From Alphaproteobacteria bacterium (lineage in GTDB: Bacteria > Pseudomonadota > Alphaproteobacteria > JBFXJJ01), in contig JBFXJJ010000003.1 in assembly GCA_050175015.1 (NCBI GenBank), forward strand, positions 64,001 through 128,000: a DNA stretch of 64,000 nt. The letters are read 5' to 3'. Below, piece after piece: positions 1 through 9,418 of the stretch (its first letter is position 1; each line of letters starts with the position of its first letter). The notes beneath the pieces are model-generated. The model was not told where the DNA came from. It saw only the letters and a list, made by a program, of their open reading frames with translations, and ran no database searches. Position numbers and translations under genes: made by a program.

Positions 1-1722
1 AGCCGTCCGATTATTGCGGTCGCCAATTCTTTTACCGAGTTTGTTCCAGGGCATACTCATTTGCAGGAAGTTGGAGAATTAGTTTGTCAGGCAATTTATG
101 AGGCTGGCGGTCTTCCTAAGTTATTTAATACTATTGCTATCGATGATGGGATTGCTATGGGACACGGAGGAATGCTTTACAGTCTTCCTTCTAGGGAAGT
201 AATCGCTGATTCAGTTGAATTTATGGCTAATGCTCACGTTGCCGATGCTCTTATATGCATTTCTAATTGTGATAAAATTACCCCAGGAATGTTGATGGCG
301 GCAATGCGCCTTAATATTCCAACGGTGATTGTCTCTGGCGGACCAATGGAAGCAGGAAGGGCGGTTATTCAAAATAAGGCAAAAAGCCTTGATTTAATTG
401 ACGTTATGGTAGCGGCTGGCGATGCTTCAATTTCTGATAACGATGTTAAGATTTATGAAGAAAATTCCTGTCCAACCTGTGGTTCCTGTTCAGGTATGTT
501 TACTGCCAATTCGATGAACAGTTTAGCCGAAGCTTTAGGACTTGCTCTTCCTGGTAATGGGTCGCTTGTAGCAACTCACGAAAAAAGGAAAGAATTGTTT
601 GAAGAAGCTTCTAGAGTTCTGATGAATATTACAAAGCGCTTTTATGAAGAAAAAGATCAAAGCGTTTTGCCTCGTTCGATTGCAACTAAAGAGGCTTTCG
701 AAAATGCAATGCGGTTAGATATTGCGATGGGCGGTTCAACTAATACGGTTTTGCATCTTTTAGCAATCGCACACGAAGCCGAAGTTTCTTTTACAATGAA
801 AGATATTGATAGATTGTCTAGAGTAACTCCTAATCTTTGTAAGGTTGCTCCGTCTTCTTCATATCATATGGAAGATGTTCACCGAGCAGGCGGCATTATG
901 GCAATTTTAGGAGAGCTGGCTCAAAATGGGCTTCTTAATACTAAGGCAAAGACGGTTTACAGCGATAACTTAGAAGAAGCTTTGAAAATCTATGATGTTG
1001 CTCGTTCAAGTGAGAAACACAGCTTTTATAAAGCGGCAGCATCAGGAGTTAAGACAATTAAACCCTACAGCCAGTCAAAATATTATGACAGTCTTGATCT
1101 TGATCGAAAAAGCGGCTGTATTCGCTCGATAGAAAACGCTTATTCTAAAGACGGAGGGCTTGCGGTTCTTTATGGCAATTTAGCTGAAGAAGGCTGTATT
1201 GTAAAAACGGCAGGCGTTGATGAAAGCATACTTACCTTTGAGGGAACAGCAGTTGTCTGCGAAAGTCAGGAAGAAGCGGTTAAAAAGATACTGGGCAAAG
1301 AGATTAAAGCAGGTGATGTCGTGGTTATTCGGTATGAAGGACCTAAGGGCGGTCCTGGAATGCAGGAAATGCTTTATCCAACAAGTTATCTAAAATCCGT
1401 AGGTCTTGGAAAGAAATGTGCTTTAATTACTGATGGACGTTTTTCTGGTGGAACATCGGGGCTTTCGATTGGACACGTTTCGCCAGAAGCAGCAGAGGGC
1501 GGGCTTATCGCTCTTATCAACGATGGCGATAAAATCCAAATTGATATTCCTAAACGTACAATTAATGTTTGTATTAATGAAGATGAGTTAGAAAAAAGAA
1601 AGAGGGAACTTTTAGAATTTAAACCCAAGGATAGAAACAGAAAGATTAGTAAAGCTCTTCGTATTTATGCATCATTAGCTGAAAACGCAGCAAAAGGTGC
1701 AGTAAGGAAAGACGTGTTGTAA
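1..1722 (+). CDS. ilvD: Dihydroxy-acid dehydratase (5'-truncated by window edge)
   Basis: Frame open from base 1 ([21 protein letters not shown]...); motifs [61 protein letters not shown]. Confidence 0.98.
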   Translation, partial: SRPIIAVANSFTEFVPGHTHLQEVGELVCQAIYEAGGLPKLFNTIAIDDGIAMGHGGMLYSLPSREVIADSVEFMANAHVADALICISNCDKITPGMLMAAMRLNIPTVIVSGGPMEAGRAVIQNKAKSLDLIDVMVAAGDASISDNDVKIYEENSCPTCGSCSGMFTANSMNSLAEALGLALPGNGSLVATHEKRKELFEEASRVLMNITKRFYEEKDQSVLPRSIATKEAFENAMRLDIAMGGSTNTVLHLLAIAHEAEVSFTMKDIDRLSRVTPNLCKVAPSSSYHMEDVHRAGGIMAILGELAQNGLLNTKAKTVYSDNLEEALKIYDVARSSEKHSFYKAAASGVKTIKPYSQSKYYDSLDLDRKSGCIRSIENAYSKDGGLAVLYGNLAEEGCIVKTAGVDESILTFEGTAVVCESQEEAVKKILGKEIKAGDVVVIRYEGPKGGPGMQEMLYPTSYLKSVGLGKKCALITDGRFSGGTSGLSIGHVSPEAAEGGLIALINDGDKIQIDIPKRTINVCINEDELEKRKRELLEFKPKDRNRKISKALRIYASLAENAAKGAVRKDVL

Positions 1723-1819
1723 TACTTAACAACTTAAGTGCTAATTAACATAGTTTAAACTAGATAGAATAAGCCGTATTACCTGAAGTATTATTATATC
1801 TTTTTCTGCAAAATTATTT

Positions 1820-1853
1820 TAAACCGCCTGATTTTTTTAGGCGGTTTATTTTT
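1820..1853 (+). terminator. Intrinsic terminator downstream of ilvD
   Basis: TAAACCGCCT...AGGCGGTTTA inverted repeat followed by T tract. Confidence 0.7.
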
Positions 1854-1953
1854 GGCTGTCAAAAATAATTCACATACGCAGAGAGCTTTTTGTATTACCA
1901 TTAATTGTAAAAGTTTTTAATGACTAAATTATAGATGCAAGATAAAGGAGTTT

Positions 1954-3390
1954 ATGATTATGGATAGTAAGGCTAAAAAATGTTTAAAAAATAAATTGAA
2001 GTATAAATCTAATAAATTAAAGGTTAAAGGCATAGATGAAAATTTTGAAGACCAGCAAGCCGCAGCTGAAAATTATGAAGATCAAAAAGAAGCTCTTTAT
2101 ATGCTTAGAGATTTAAGAGATGGAGCTTTATATATCGGTAAACGCCCAAGTCAGCCGATTAAACCAACTAAGCCAGTAAAACCATTTATTTTTGATGAAA
2201 ATGATCCAAAATCTCAAAAAAAGCTTGAAGAATATGAAAAAAAACTCGCAGATTATAATGAGCACAAAGAAGAATATGAAAAAAAATATAAAGAAGACAT
2301 GGCAACGTATAAAAAAGATCATAACGAATATATATGTAAGACTAAAGATTTAGAATCAATAGAATCAAAGACCGTAAAAATACGTAGTCTTTTGTGGAAC
2401 AAGGGCGTCAGGGAAGCAATTAAAAAAATTCAAGAAACGCTTAATAAACAGGCTGAGGCAGAATATAAAGAGAAGAGTCAAGATGTAAAGAGTGCCAAAG
2501 ATGGCAAAAGTAGTAAAAATACAGAAGGTCCAAAATATTTTAGAATAGCTTTTGATGATACCTTGGTATATCGAAAACATCCCAAAGAACCCTATGAAAC
2601 AGATATTTTAGAAGGACATTATAGCAGAGAAGATAGAACGATTTATCTTCCTCGTTTTACTAAGAAATATACTGGAGGAAGCGAATACATAGAATATTTT
2701 AAAGACTGTGAGCTAGACGAAAAGAATTATCCTGAAGATTTTGATTTTTATGCTAAGATGCTTCCTGTTCTTTTTACTCATGAATTAAGGCATGCTGTTC
2801 AGCATGCAAATGGGATTTCTTATAAGGATGATGAAAATTTAAAGGCGTGGTTTATAAAAGATAGAGTTATGGAAGCAGATGCTGATGCCTTTGCTGCTTA
2901 TGTGGCTTATGATTTAGAATCAAAATACGAAGATATTGAATATTTTACTAATGCCAAAAAAACAGACAAAAAAGACATTTTTGAAACGTTTGAGAATGCT
3001 AGGCGTGGAACAGATAATGGCGTAGCATCTAAAGCGGCGTTTAAAGCTTGGTTTAATAGTGATGAAAGAAAAGACAGCTATGAATCAAAAATGATCAAAA
3101 AACTTTCAAAGGTAAGTAGAGACCATATTTTATTCCTTTATAAAGAATTAGATGTTGAAAAATTATTGAAGGATAGTGCCCTTTATTTAGAAGGCGGTGA
3201 TATGGCAAAATTTGTATTAAGAGACGAAAACTGTGGGATAAGAAAAAAAACAGCAGATGAGATTGTTCAAATTTTTCCTTTTATAGATGATGTAAAAAAA
3301 CAAGCTTATGATTTAGCAACTAGAGATAAGCCCCAAAATAATACTAAAAATATAGCTTTTATGAATGCAAAAATTAAACATTCAAGATAA
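1954..3390 (+). CDS. HExxH zinc-metallopeptidase-like protein without signal peptide (recalls DUF6782-like family); candidate secreted effector
   Basis: SD AAGGAG; THELRHAVQ plus downstream EADADAF third ligand; charged helical N-terminus; C-terminus FMNAKIKHSR. Confidence 0.7.
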   Translation: MIMDSKAKKCLKNKLKYKSNKLKVKGIDENFEDQQAAAENYEDQKEALYMLRDLRDGALYIGKRPSQPIKPTKPVKPFIFDENDPKSQKKLEEYEKKLADYNEHKEEYEKKYKEDMATYKKDHNEYICKTKDLESIESKTVKIRSLLWNKGVREAIKKIQETLNKQAEAEYKEKSQDVKSAKDGKSSKNTEGPKYFRIAFDDTLVYRKHPKEPYETDILEGHYSREDRTIYLPRFTKKYTGGSEYIEYFKDCELDEKNYPEDFDFYAKMLPVLFTHELRHAVQHANGISYKDDENLKAWFIKDRVMEADADAFAAYVAYDLESKYEDIEYFTNAKKTDKKDIFETFENARRGTDNGVASKAAFKAWFNSDERKDSYESKMIKKLSKVSRDHILFLYKELDVEKLLKDSALYLEGGDMAKFVLRDENCGIRKKTADEIVQIFPFIDDVKKQAYDLATRDKPQNNTKNIAFMNAKIKHSR

Positions 3391-3406
3391 AGGATACTTA
3401 ATTTTG

Positions 3407-5320
3407 ATGAAAGCACTTAAGACATTATTGTTATTTATGGTTTTTGCGGTTTCTGGTTGCGATAATGAAACGGTAGAAGATAATGCAGTCCAAAAAGAAG
3501 GAGGTGTTTTTGAAAAGCTGGGATATAACCCAAAGTGGGAAGAAATTCCAAGTGTCAATGAGTTTAAAGATGTTTTTCTAAAAACAACAGGGCAGAGCTT
3601 TGATGATAAAGTAAACGACTGTGCTTATGAGTTAATTAATCCTAAAAGTGATTGTGAAGAAAATTCTGGGTGCGATATAGAAAGAGAGTTAAGAAAAATA
3701 GAGAAAACGATGCTGAAAAGAGCAAACCAACGTTTCGATGACATTATAAATCCTTCTTATTTAGTTAAACAATATGATCCTCAAAGTAAAATTAGTTATT
3801 TTGAAGATATTTGTTATAAATCTCTTTTTTTGGAATTAAATTATCTTGAAAAAGGTCATAAGCTAGCTTGCAAACGTAGTGATTTCTTTAGAAATTTGAT
3901 TGAAGATGGTTCATCTTGGCTTCTAAGCAACAATTACTCAAAAGAAGTTATAGATGATTGGTTTGGTTCGCAATACCTCGTTCCCAAAAAGATCAAATTA
4001 GATAGAATAGAAAATACTATTTATGATCCATATGTTGTAAGAAAAAAAATACTAAAAGTAAGTGAAGATTTACTACTTTATAAAGATTCAAAATATGCTT
4101 CTTTTTGCAAAGCTGTAGCTGAGGGATATGGCTATTTGTTTTATGATAAAGTAGATGTTGATGACAAAGTAAAAAAGATAGAAAAAAATACAGATATAGC
4201 TCAAAGCAACGTTAAACTAAAAGATAAGGGTGAACCTGATTATATCATAGAATTTGATTATGATAATGATGGCAAAAAAGAATTAATTCATAGAACATAT
4301 TTATATGGAGAGCCAGAAAAAGGCAAACCTGAAAACAGCCCAGATTACGGAGATGGAGTGTTTTTGGGAGCAACTCATTGCCAGAGAGAACTACAGAATT
4401 ACTATGATTCTAGCATTAACAGAGATATCTTAACTGTCTATAAAGACAATATAGGAAAGGTAGAAAAGTATCTAAAAAAGATTAAAACTATAGAAGGTTG
4501 GGATCATCTTAAGAGTATAAGAGAAAAGTTTGGTGGTAAAGATCTTGATTATGAATGTTTATACAATATCAAAAAACTTAAAAATGCCGATTTTTTTACG
4601 TTTAAGCATAATCCTTATATAATGTATTCTGATGATTATGAGAACAAAGTAATATCTATAAAAGCCAAAGAGTATAATGTTGAGTGTTATTCTCTCCATC
4701 TACATTCTAAATTATTTGAAGAAACTGATAGTAGAAAACAAATTAATATTGATTATAAAGCTTTGGTAGCGGGATCCTTTCCTATTTACTATGTAAACGA
4801 TGACGTTTATTTTTATGATGAGACCCTTTTAGATGAAATTAAGAAAATATCTTATAATGTTTCTTGGTATGATTCCGATACTAGGAATAAAGTTGAAGAA
4901 TATCTAAAAGATAAGGCAAAAACGATATGCAATGTTGATTTGGATAAAGTTCAATATAAGCCAGAAAACAAGGCAAAGATTTTAAAATTAAGAAAAGATA
5001 ATAGCGAAGAAGCCGTTTTAGATGAAGCTAAAATTGTTTTTAACGATGATATTCCTAAAGAGCAGAAAGAATGTGGACTAAATTTTGAACAAGATAATTG
5101 CACATTATATATTTTAAATAATAGTAATGAAGGTATTAAAGCTAGATATTTTTTACCAATGGCAGCAAAAGAGACAAAAAATACCCAAAGAGAGCTTATG
5201 TATATTAATGATGGCTATAACGACACCGTCATAGAACCTGGTCAGTTTGCTCAAATTGACATTCCTGTCCCTCTTTTCTTAAGTGTACATAAAAAAACAT
5301 GGATAAATAAGTTTTTTTAA
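3407..5320 (+). CDS. Lipoprotein of unknown function, tandem paralog A
   Basis: Start moved to ATG 3407 (SD AAGGA); signal MKALKTLLLFMVFAVSG-C lipobox; DYDNDGKKE Ca-binding-like motif; paralogous to the next two genes. Confidence 0.85.
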   Translation: MKALKTLLLFMVFAVSGCDNETVEDNAVQKEGGVFEKLGYNPKWEEIPSVNEFKDVFLKTTGQSFDDKVNDCAYELINPKSDCEENSGCDIERELRKIEKTMLKRANQRFDDIINPSYLVKQYDPQSKISYFEDICYKSLFLELNYLEKGHKLACKRSDFFRNLIEDGSSWLLSNNYSKEVIDDWFGSQYLVPKKIKLDRIENTIYDPYVVRKKILKVSEDLLLYKDSKYASFCKAVAEGYGYLFYDKVDVDDKVKKIEKNTDIAQSNVKLKDKGEPDYIIEFDYDNDGKKELIHRTYLYGEPEKGKPENSPDYGDGVFLGATHCQRELQNYYDSSINRDILTVYKDNIGKVEKYLKKIKTIEGWDHLKSIREKFGGKDLDYECLYNIKKLKNADFFTFKHNPYIMYSDDYENKVISIKAKEYNVECYSLHLHSKLFEETDSRKQINIDYKALVAGSFPIYYVNDDVYFYDETLLDEIKKISYNVSWYDSDTRNKVEEYLKDKAKTICNVDLDKVQYKPENKAKILKLRKDNSEEAVLDEAKIVFNDDIPKEQKECGLNFEQDNCTLYILNNSNEGIKARYFLPMAAKETKNTQRELMYINDGYNDTVIEPGQFAQIDIPVPLFLSVHKKTWINKFF

Positions 5321-8300
5321 ATAAAAGATTTAAAAGGATACTTAATTTTGATGAAAGCACTTAAGACATTATTGGTATTTATGTTTTTTGTCGTTTCTGG
5401 TTGCGATAAGGCGATAGCAGAAGATAATGCAGTCCAAAAAGAAGGAAGTGTTTTTGAAAAGCTGGGATATAACCCAAAGTGGGAAGAAATCCCAAGTGTT
5501 AATGAGTTTAAAGATGTTTTCCTAAAAACAACAGGGCAGAGCTTTGATGATAGGGTTAACGATTGTGCTTATAAAGCTGTTAGCTCAATAAAAAATGGAG
5601 TAGAAAGGCTTAATTCAGATACAGTAGGTGGTTCTTTAGAAATTTTGGATAACAAGCCTTTTCGTGCTCGTAAGTATGTGCCATATAATTATCATAAATA
5701 TTGCGATGGCGTTTTAGATTCAAACTTAAATTATCCTAAAAAAGGTCATAAACTAGCGTGCAAACGTAGCGATTTTTTTAGAAATTTGGTTGAAGATGGT
5801 TCTTCTTGGTTTTTAAGCAATAAAGATTCTAAAGAATTTGTTAAAAATTGGTTCTGGGGTAAATATGCTCTTCCTAAAGACACTAAAATAGATAACATAG
5901 AAAATACTCTTTATGATCCTTCTTTTGTAAAAGAAAACGTATTTAAAGATACTTTTGAGGCAATTTATTATAACAAAACTAAGGACATCTTTATTTGCAA
6001 AGCTATAGCTGAAGGTTATGGTTTTTATTCCTATGATAAAGTTAGGACAAAAGATGGAATAAAAAAAATAGAAAAAGATACCAATATAGCTCAAAGCCAA
6101 ATTACCTTAGATCATAAACTCGAACCAGATTATATTATGGAGCTTGATTATAACAATGACGGCAAAAGGGAGCTGATTCATAAAATATCTTTGCATTCAA
6201 GCGCAGAGCTTGGATGCCCTAATCCAGATGGCAGTATAAATTTTGATCAATGTGATTGTTGGTGTGATATTTCTGGTATGAAAGAAGATGAAATAAAACC
6301 ATGCGACTGCGACTGTGGATTTGATCGTCCTTTTGTTGCTATTTATGAAAATAATATTGAAGAGGTAAAGCAATATTTAAAAACACCCGATCTTATTATT
6401 AAAGATTGGTATCATTATAATATGATTAAAGAAAAATTTGGTGGGGAAGATCTAAAATATGAATGTTCTTGCTATGTAAGAGATTTTGTTCAGAATACCG
6501 ATTTTTTAACGTTTAGAAATGAAACTTATATCATAGATTTTATTGATAAAAGAAATTATCCTGATAATTATATCGGAGAAGTTTTACATCCCAAGGGAAA
6601 GACAAGTAGATATTCTACGGGAAGATGGTGTGATTCTGTTTGTTATTTAAAGGAAGTGTATTCTTGGGATTTAATAGATGATGACTCTGATTATATAAAG
6701 GCGTCAGTAGTAGATGCTTTTCCTATCTATTATGTAAATGATGACAGCTATCTTTATGATGAAAGCCTTTTAGATGAAATTAAGAAAATATCTTATAATG
6801 TTGCTGATTATGGTTCCGATAGAAGAAACGAGGTTGAAGAATATCTAAAAGATAAGGCAAAAACGTTATGCAATGTTGATTTGGATAAAGTTCAATATAA
6901 GCCAGAAAACAAGGCAAAGATTTTAAAATTAAGAAAAGATAATGGCGAAGAAGCAGTTTTAGATGAAACTAAAATTGTAAAAAATATTACAATTCCAGAA
7001 AAACAAAAGATATGCGGATTAAATCAGAAAAGTGAAAGATGCACATTATACATCTTAAATAATAGTGGCAAAGAAGTTACAGCTAGGCACTTTTATATTT
7101 TAGCATCAAAAGAAACAGGACTTTATCAAGAAGATATAATGTATATTAATGATGGCTATAACGATGCCGTCATAAAACCTGATCAGTTTGCTCAAATTAA
7201 TATCCCTGTCCCCTTCTATTTATATTACATAGAAGATGGAACTGAACAACTGTATGTAAAAGATTAACGATAAGCTTGAGGTTGAGTTTCTAAAAAGCTC
7301 TCAATATAAGGACATTTACTTTTGATGAAGTCACTTAAAGTATTATTGTTATTTATGGTTTTTGTCGTTTCTGGTTGCGATAATGAAGCGGGAAAAGATG
7401 ATGCAGTCCAAAAAGATGGAAGTGTTTTTGAAAAGCTGGGATATAATCCAAAGTGGGAAGAAGTTCCAAGCATCAATGAGTTTAAAGATGTTTTTCTAAA
7501 AACAACAGGGCAGAGCTTTGATGATAGGGTTAACGACTGTGCTTATAAAGCTATTAGCTCAATAAAAAAAGGAGTAGAAAGGCTTAATTCAGATACAGTA
7601 GGTGGTTCTTTAGAAATTTTAGATAACAAGCCTTTTATCACTAATGAAAGTCTACCATATAGTTGTAAAAAAGAATGCTATGAAATCCTATATTCAAACT
7701 TAAATTATCTTAAAAAAGGTCATAAACTAGCTTGCAAACGTAGCGATTTCTTTAGAAATTTGGTTGAAGATGGTTCTTCTTGGCTTTTAAGCAGTAATGT
7801 TTCTCAAGACGATTTAGATGATTGGTTTTGGGATAGATATATAGTTCCTAAAGATGAGATACTTAGCGACATAAATAAGACCATTATAAAGAGTACAACT
7901 TCCACTATTTATGATTTGTTTATTGTAAAAGAAAGAATACTAAGAAAAGGCAATATAATTAAAAAAGGCAGACCTATAATGTCCTTCAAACATCCTGAAT
8001 ATGAGGACGTTTGTAAGACTGTTGCAAACGAGCAAGGATATAGGCTTTTCAATGTTGATATGAAAAATGGGACGGAGAAAACAGGGAAGATAAAGGAAAT
8101 AAAAAAATATACTAATATAGCTCAAAGCAACGTTAAACTAAAAGATAAAGGTGAACCTGATTATATCATAGAATTTGATTATGATAATGATGGCAAAAAA
8201 GAATTAATTCATAGAACATATTTATATGGAGAGCCAGAAAAAGGTAAACCTGAAAATAGCCCAGATTCTGGAGATGGAGTGTTTTTTGGACCAACTCATT

Positions 8301-8526
8301 GTCAGAGAGAACCTCAGAATTATTATGATCCTAGCATTAACAGAGATCTCTTAACTGTCTATAAGGACAATATAGGAAAGGTAAAAAAGTATCTAAGAAA
8401 GACTAAAACTATAGAAGGTTGGGATCATCTTAAGAGTATAAGAGAAAAGTTTGGTGGTAAAGATCTTGATTATGAATGTTTGTATAATATCAAAAAACTT
8501 GAAAATGCCGATTTTTTTACGTTTAA
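4194..8526 (+). repeat. Near-identical ~410-bp block shared by paralog A (4194-4605) and paralog C (8115-8526)
   Basis: Both encode IAQSNVKLKDKGEPDYIIEFDYDNDGKKELIHRTYLYGEPEKGKPENSPD...NADFFTF with few substitutions. Confidence 0.9.
5351..7267 (+). CDS. Lipoprotein of unknown function, tandem paralog B (Cys-rich central module)
   Basis: Lipobox VVSG-C; DYNNDGKRE; CDCWC and CDCDC motifs. Confidence 0.85.
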   Translation: MKALKTLLVFMFFVVSGCDKAIAEDNAVQKEGSVFEKLGYNPKWEEIPSVNEFKDVFLKTTGQSFDDRVNDCAYKAVSSIKNGVERLNSDTVGGSLEILDNKPFRARKYVPYNYHKYCDGVLDSNLNYPKKGHKLACKRSDFFRNLVEDGSSWFLSNKDSKEFVKNWFWGKYALPKDTKIDNIENTLYDPSFVKENVFKDTFEAIYYNKTKDIFICKAIAEGYGFYSYDKVRTKDGIKKIEKDTNIAQSQITLDHKLEPDYIMELDYNNDGKRELIHKISLHSSAELGCPNPDGSINFDQCDCWCDISGMKEDEIKPCDCDCGFDRPFVAIYENNIEEVKQYLKTPDLIIKDWYHYNMIKEKFGGEDLKYECSCYVRDFVQNTDFLTFRNETYIIDFIDKRNYPDNYIGEVLHPKGKTSRYSTGRWCDSVCYLKEVYSWDLIDDDSDYIKASVVDAFPIYYVNDDSYLYDESLLDEIKKISYNVADYGSDRRNEVEEYLKDKAKTLCNVDLDKVQYKPENKAKILKLRKDNGEEAVLDETKIVKNITIPEKQKICGLNQKSERCTLYILNNSGKEVTARHFYILASKETGLYQEDIMYINDGYNDAVIKPDQFAQINIPVPFYLYYIEDGTEQLYVKD

Positions 8527-9253
8527 TGGTAAAAATTACATAATATCTTTTCATAGTTCTATGGCAGAAGTTATACTTATAGATGGAGAAAAGTATAAGA
8601 AGGTTTGCACGGCTAAACTTTTTTTCCCAAGGGAAATAGAAAATATTATAGGTACTACTGATTATATAAAGGCGTCAGTAGCAGGGGCTTTTCCTATCTA
8701 CTATGTAAATGATGACAGCTATCTTTATGATGAAAGCCTTTTAGATGAAATTAAGAAAATATCTTATGAGGTTGCATTTTCTAAACCATCGTTTAGAGAT
8801 AAGGTCGAAGAATATCTAAAAGATAAGGCAAAAACGATATGCAATGTTGATTTGGATAAAGTTCAATATAAGCCAGAAAACAAGGCAAAGATTTTAAAAT
8901 TAAGAAAAGATAATGGCGAAGAAGCAGTTTTAGATGAAACTAAAATTGTAAAAAATATTACAATTCCAGAAAAACAAAAGATATGCGGATTAAATCAGAA
9001 AAGTGAAAGATGCACATTATACATCTTAAATAATAGTGGCAAAGAAGTTACAGCTAGGCACTTTTATATTTTAGCATCAAAAGAAACAGGACTTTATCAA
9101 GAAGATATAATGTATATTAATTATGGCTATAACGATGCCGTCATAAAACCTTCTCAGTTTGCTCAAATCAATATTCCTGTCCCCTTTTATCTATATTACA
9201 TAGAAGATGGAACTGAACAACTGTATGTAAAAGATTAACGATAAGCTTGAGGT
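6687..9253 (+). repeat. Near-identical ~595-bp block shared by paralog B (6687-7282) and paralog C (8658-9253), extending past the stop codon
   Basis: Constant 1971-bp offset; identical 3' flank TAACGATAAGCTTGAGGT. Confidence 0.9.
7325..9238 (+). CDS. Lipoprotein of unknown function, tandem paralog C (mosaic of A and B)
   Basis: Lipobox VVSG-C; central block near-identical to A; N- and C-terminal blocks near-identical to B. Confidence 0.85.
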   Translation: MKSLKVLLLFMVFVVSGCDNEAGKDDAVQKDGSVFEKLGYNPKWEEVPSINEFKDVFLKTTGQSFDDRVNDCAYKAISSIKKGVERLNSDTVGGSLEILDNKPFITNESLPYSCKKECYEILYSNLNYLKKGHKLACKRSDFFRNLVEDGSSWLLSSNVSQDDLDDWFWDRYIVPKDEILSDINKTIIKSTTSTIYDLFIVKERILRKGNIIKKGRPIMSFKHPEYEDVCKTVANEQGYRLFNVDMKNGTEKTGKIKEIKKYTNIAQSNVKLKDKGEPDYIIEFDYDNDGKKELIHRTYLYGEPEKGKPENSPDSGDGVFFGPTHCQREPQNYYDPSINRDLLTVYKDNIGKVKKYLRKTKTIEGWDHLKSIREKFGGKDLDYECLYNIKKLENADFFTFNGKNYIISFHSSMAEVILIDGEKYKKVCTAKLFFPREIENIIGTTDYIKASVAGAFPIYYVNDDSYLYDESLLDEIKKISYEVAFSKPSFRDKVEEYLKDKAKTICNVDLDKVQYKPENKAKILKLRKDNGEEAVLDETKIVKNITIPEKQKICGLNQKSERCTLYILNNSGKEVTARHFYILASKETGLYQEDIMYINYGYNDAVIKPSQFAQINIPVPFYLYYIEDGTEQLYVKD

Positions 9254-9418
9254 CAATTTTTCAAGAGGCTTTAAAGATAAAGGATTTTCTATTTTAACGA
9301 ATTTTAGAGTGCAGAGTTATCCTGCTAAAATAAAAAAAATGTAAATAAACCTTTTTTGTTTGGCATAAAATCCGTATCTTATTTTCTAAAGAGACAATAT
9401 TAAGGTTTAGTTGAGAAT

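Noticed and set aside
1734-1749. CtrA-like TTAA-N7-TTAAC box upstream of the HExxH/lipoprotein operon
   Set aside because: Chance matches are expected in such AT-rich spacers, and it lies upstream of the ilvD terminator
3365-3406. Longer start of lipoprotein A overlapping the upstream gene
   Set aside because: Paralogs B and C and the SD position support ATG 3407
3407-9253. CRISPR array or diversity-generating retroelement as the source of the repeats
   Set aside because: Repeats are long coding paralog blocks with no repeat-spacer period; no reverse transcriptase in the window; differences are not restricted to adenines
9270-9305. AAGATAAAGGAT...ATTTTAACG resembling the lipoprotein RBS/start (relic fourth copy)
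   Set aside because: Similarity is too short and no coding remnant follows
9359-9378. TGGCATAAAATCCGTA as a sigma54 promoter
   Set aside because: Lacks the invariant GC at -12
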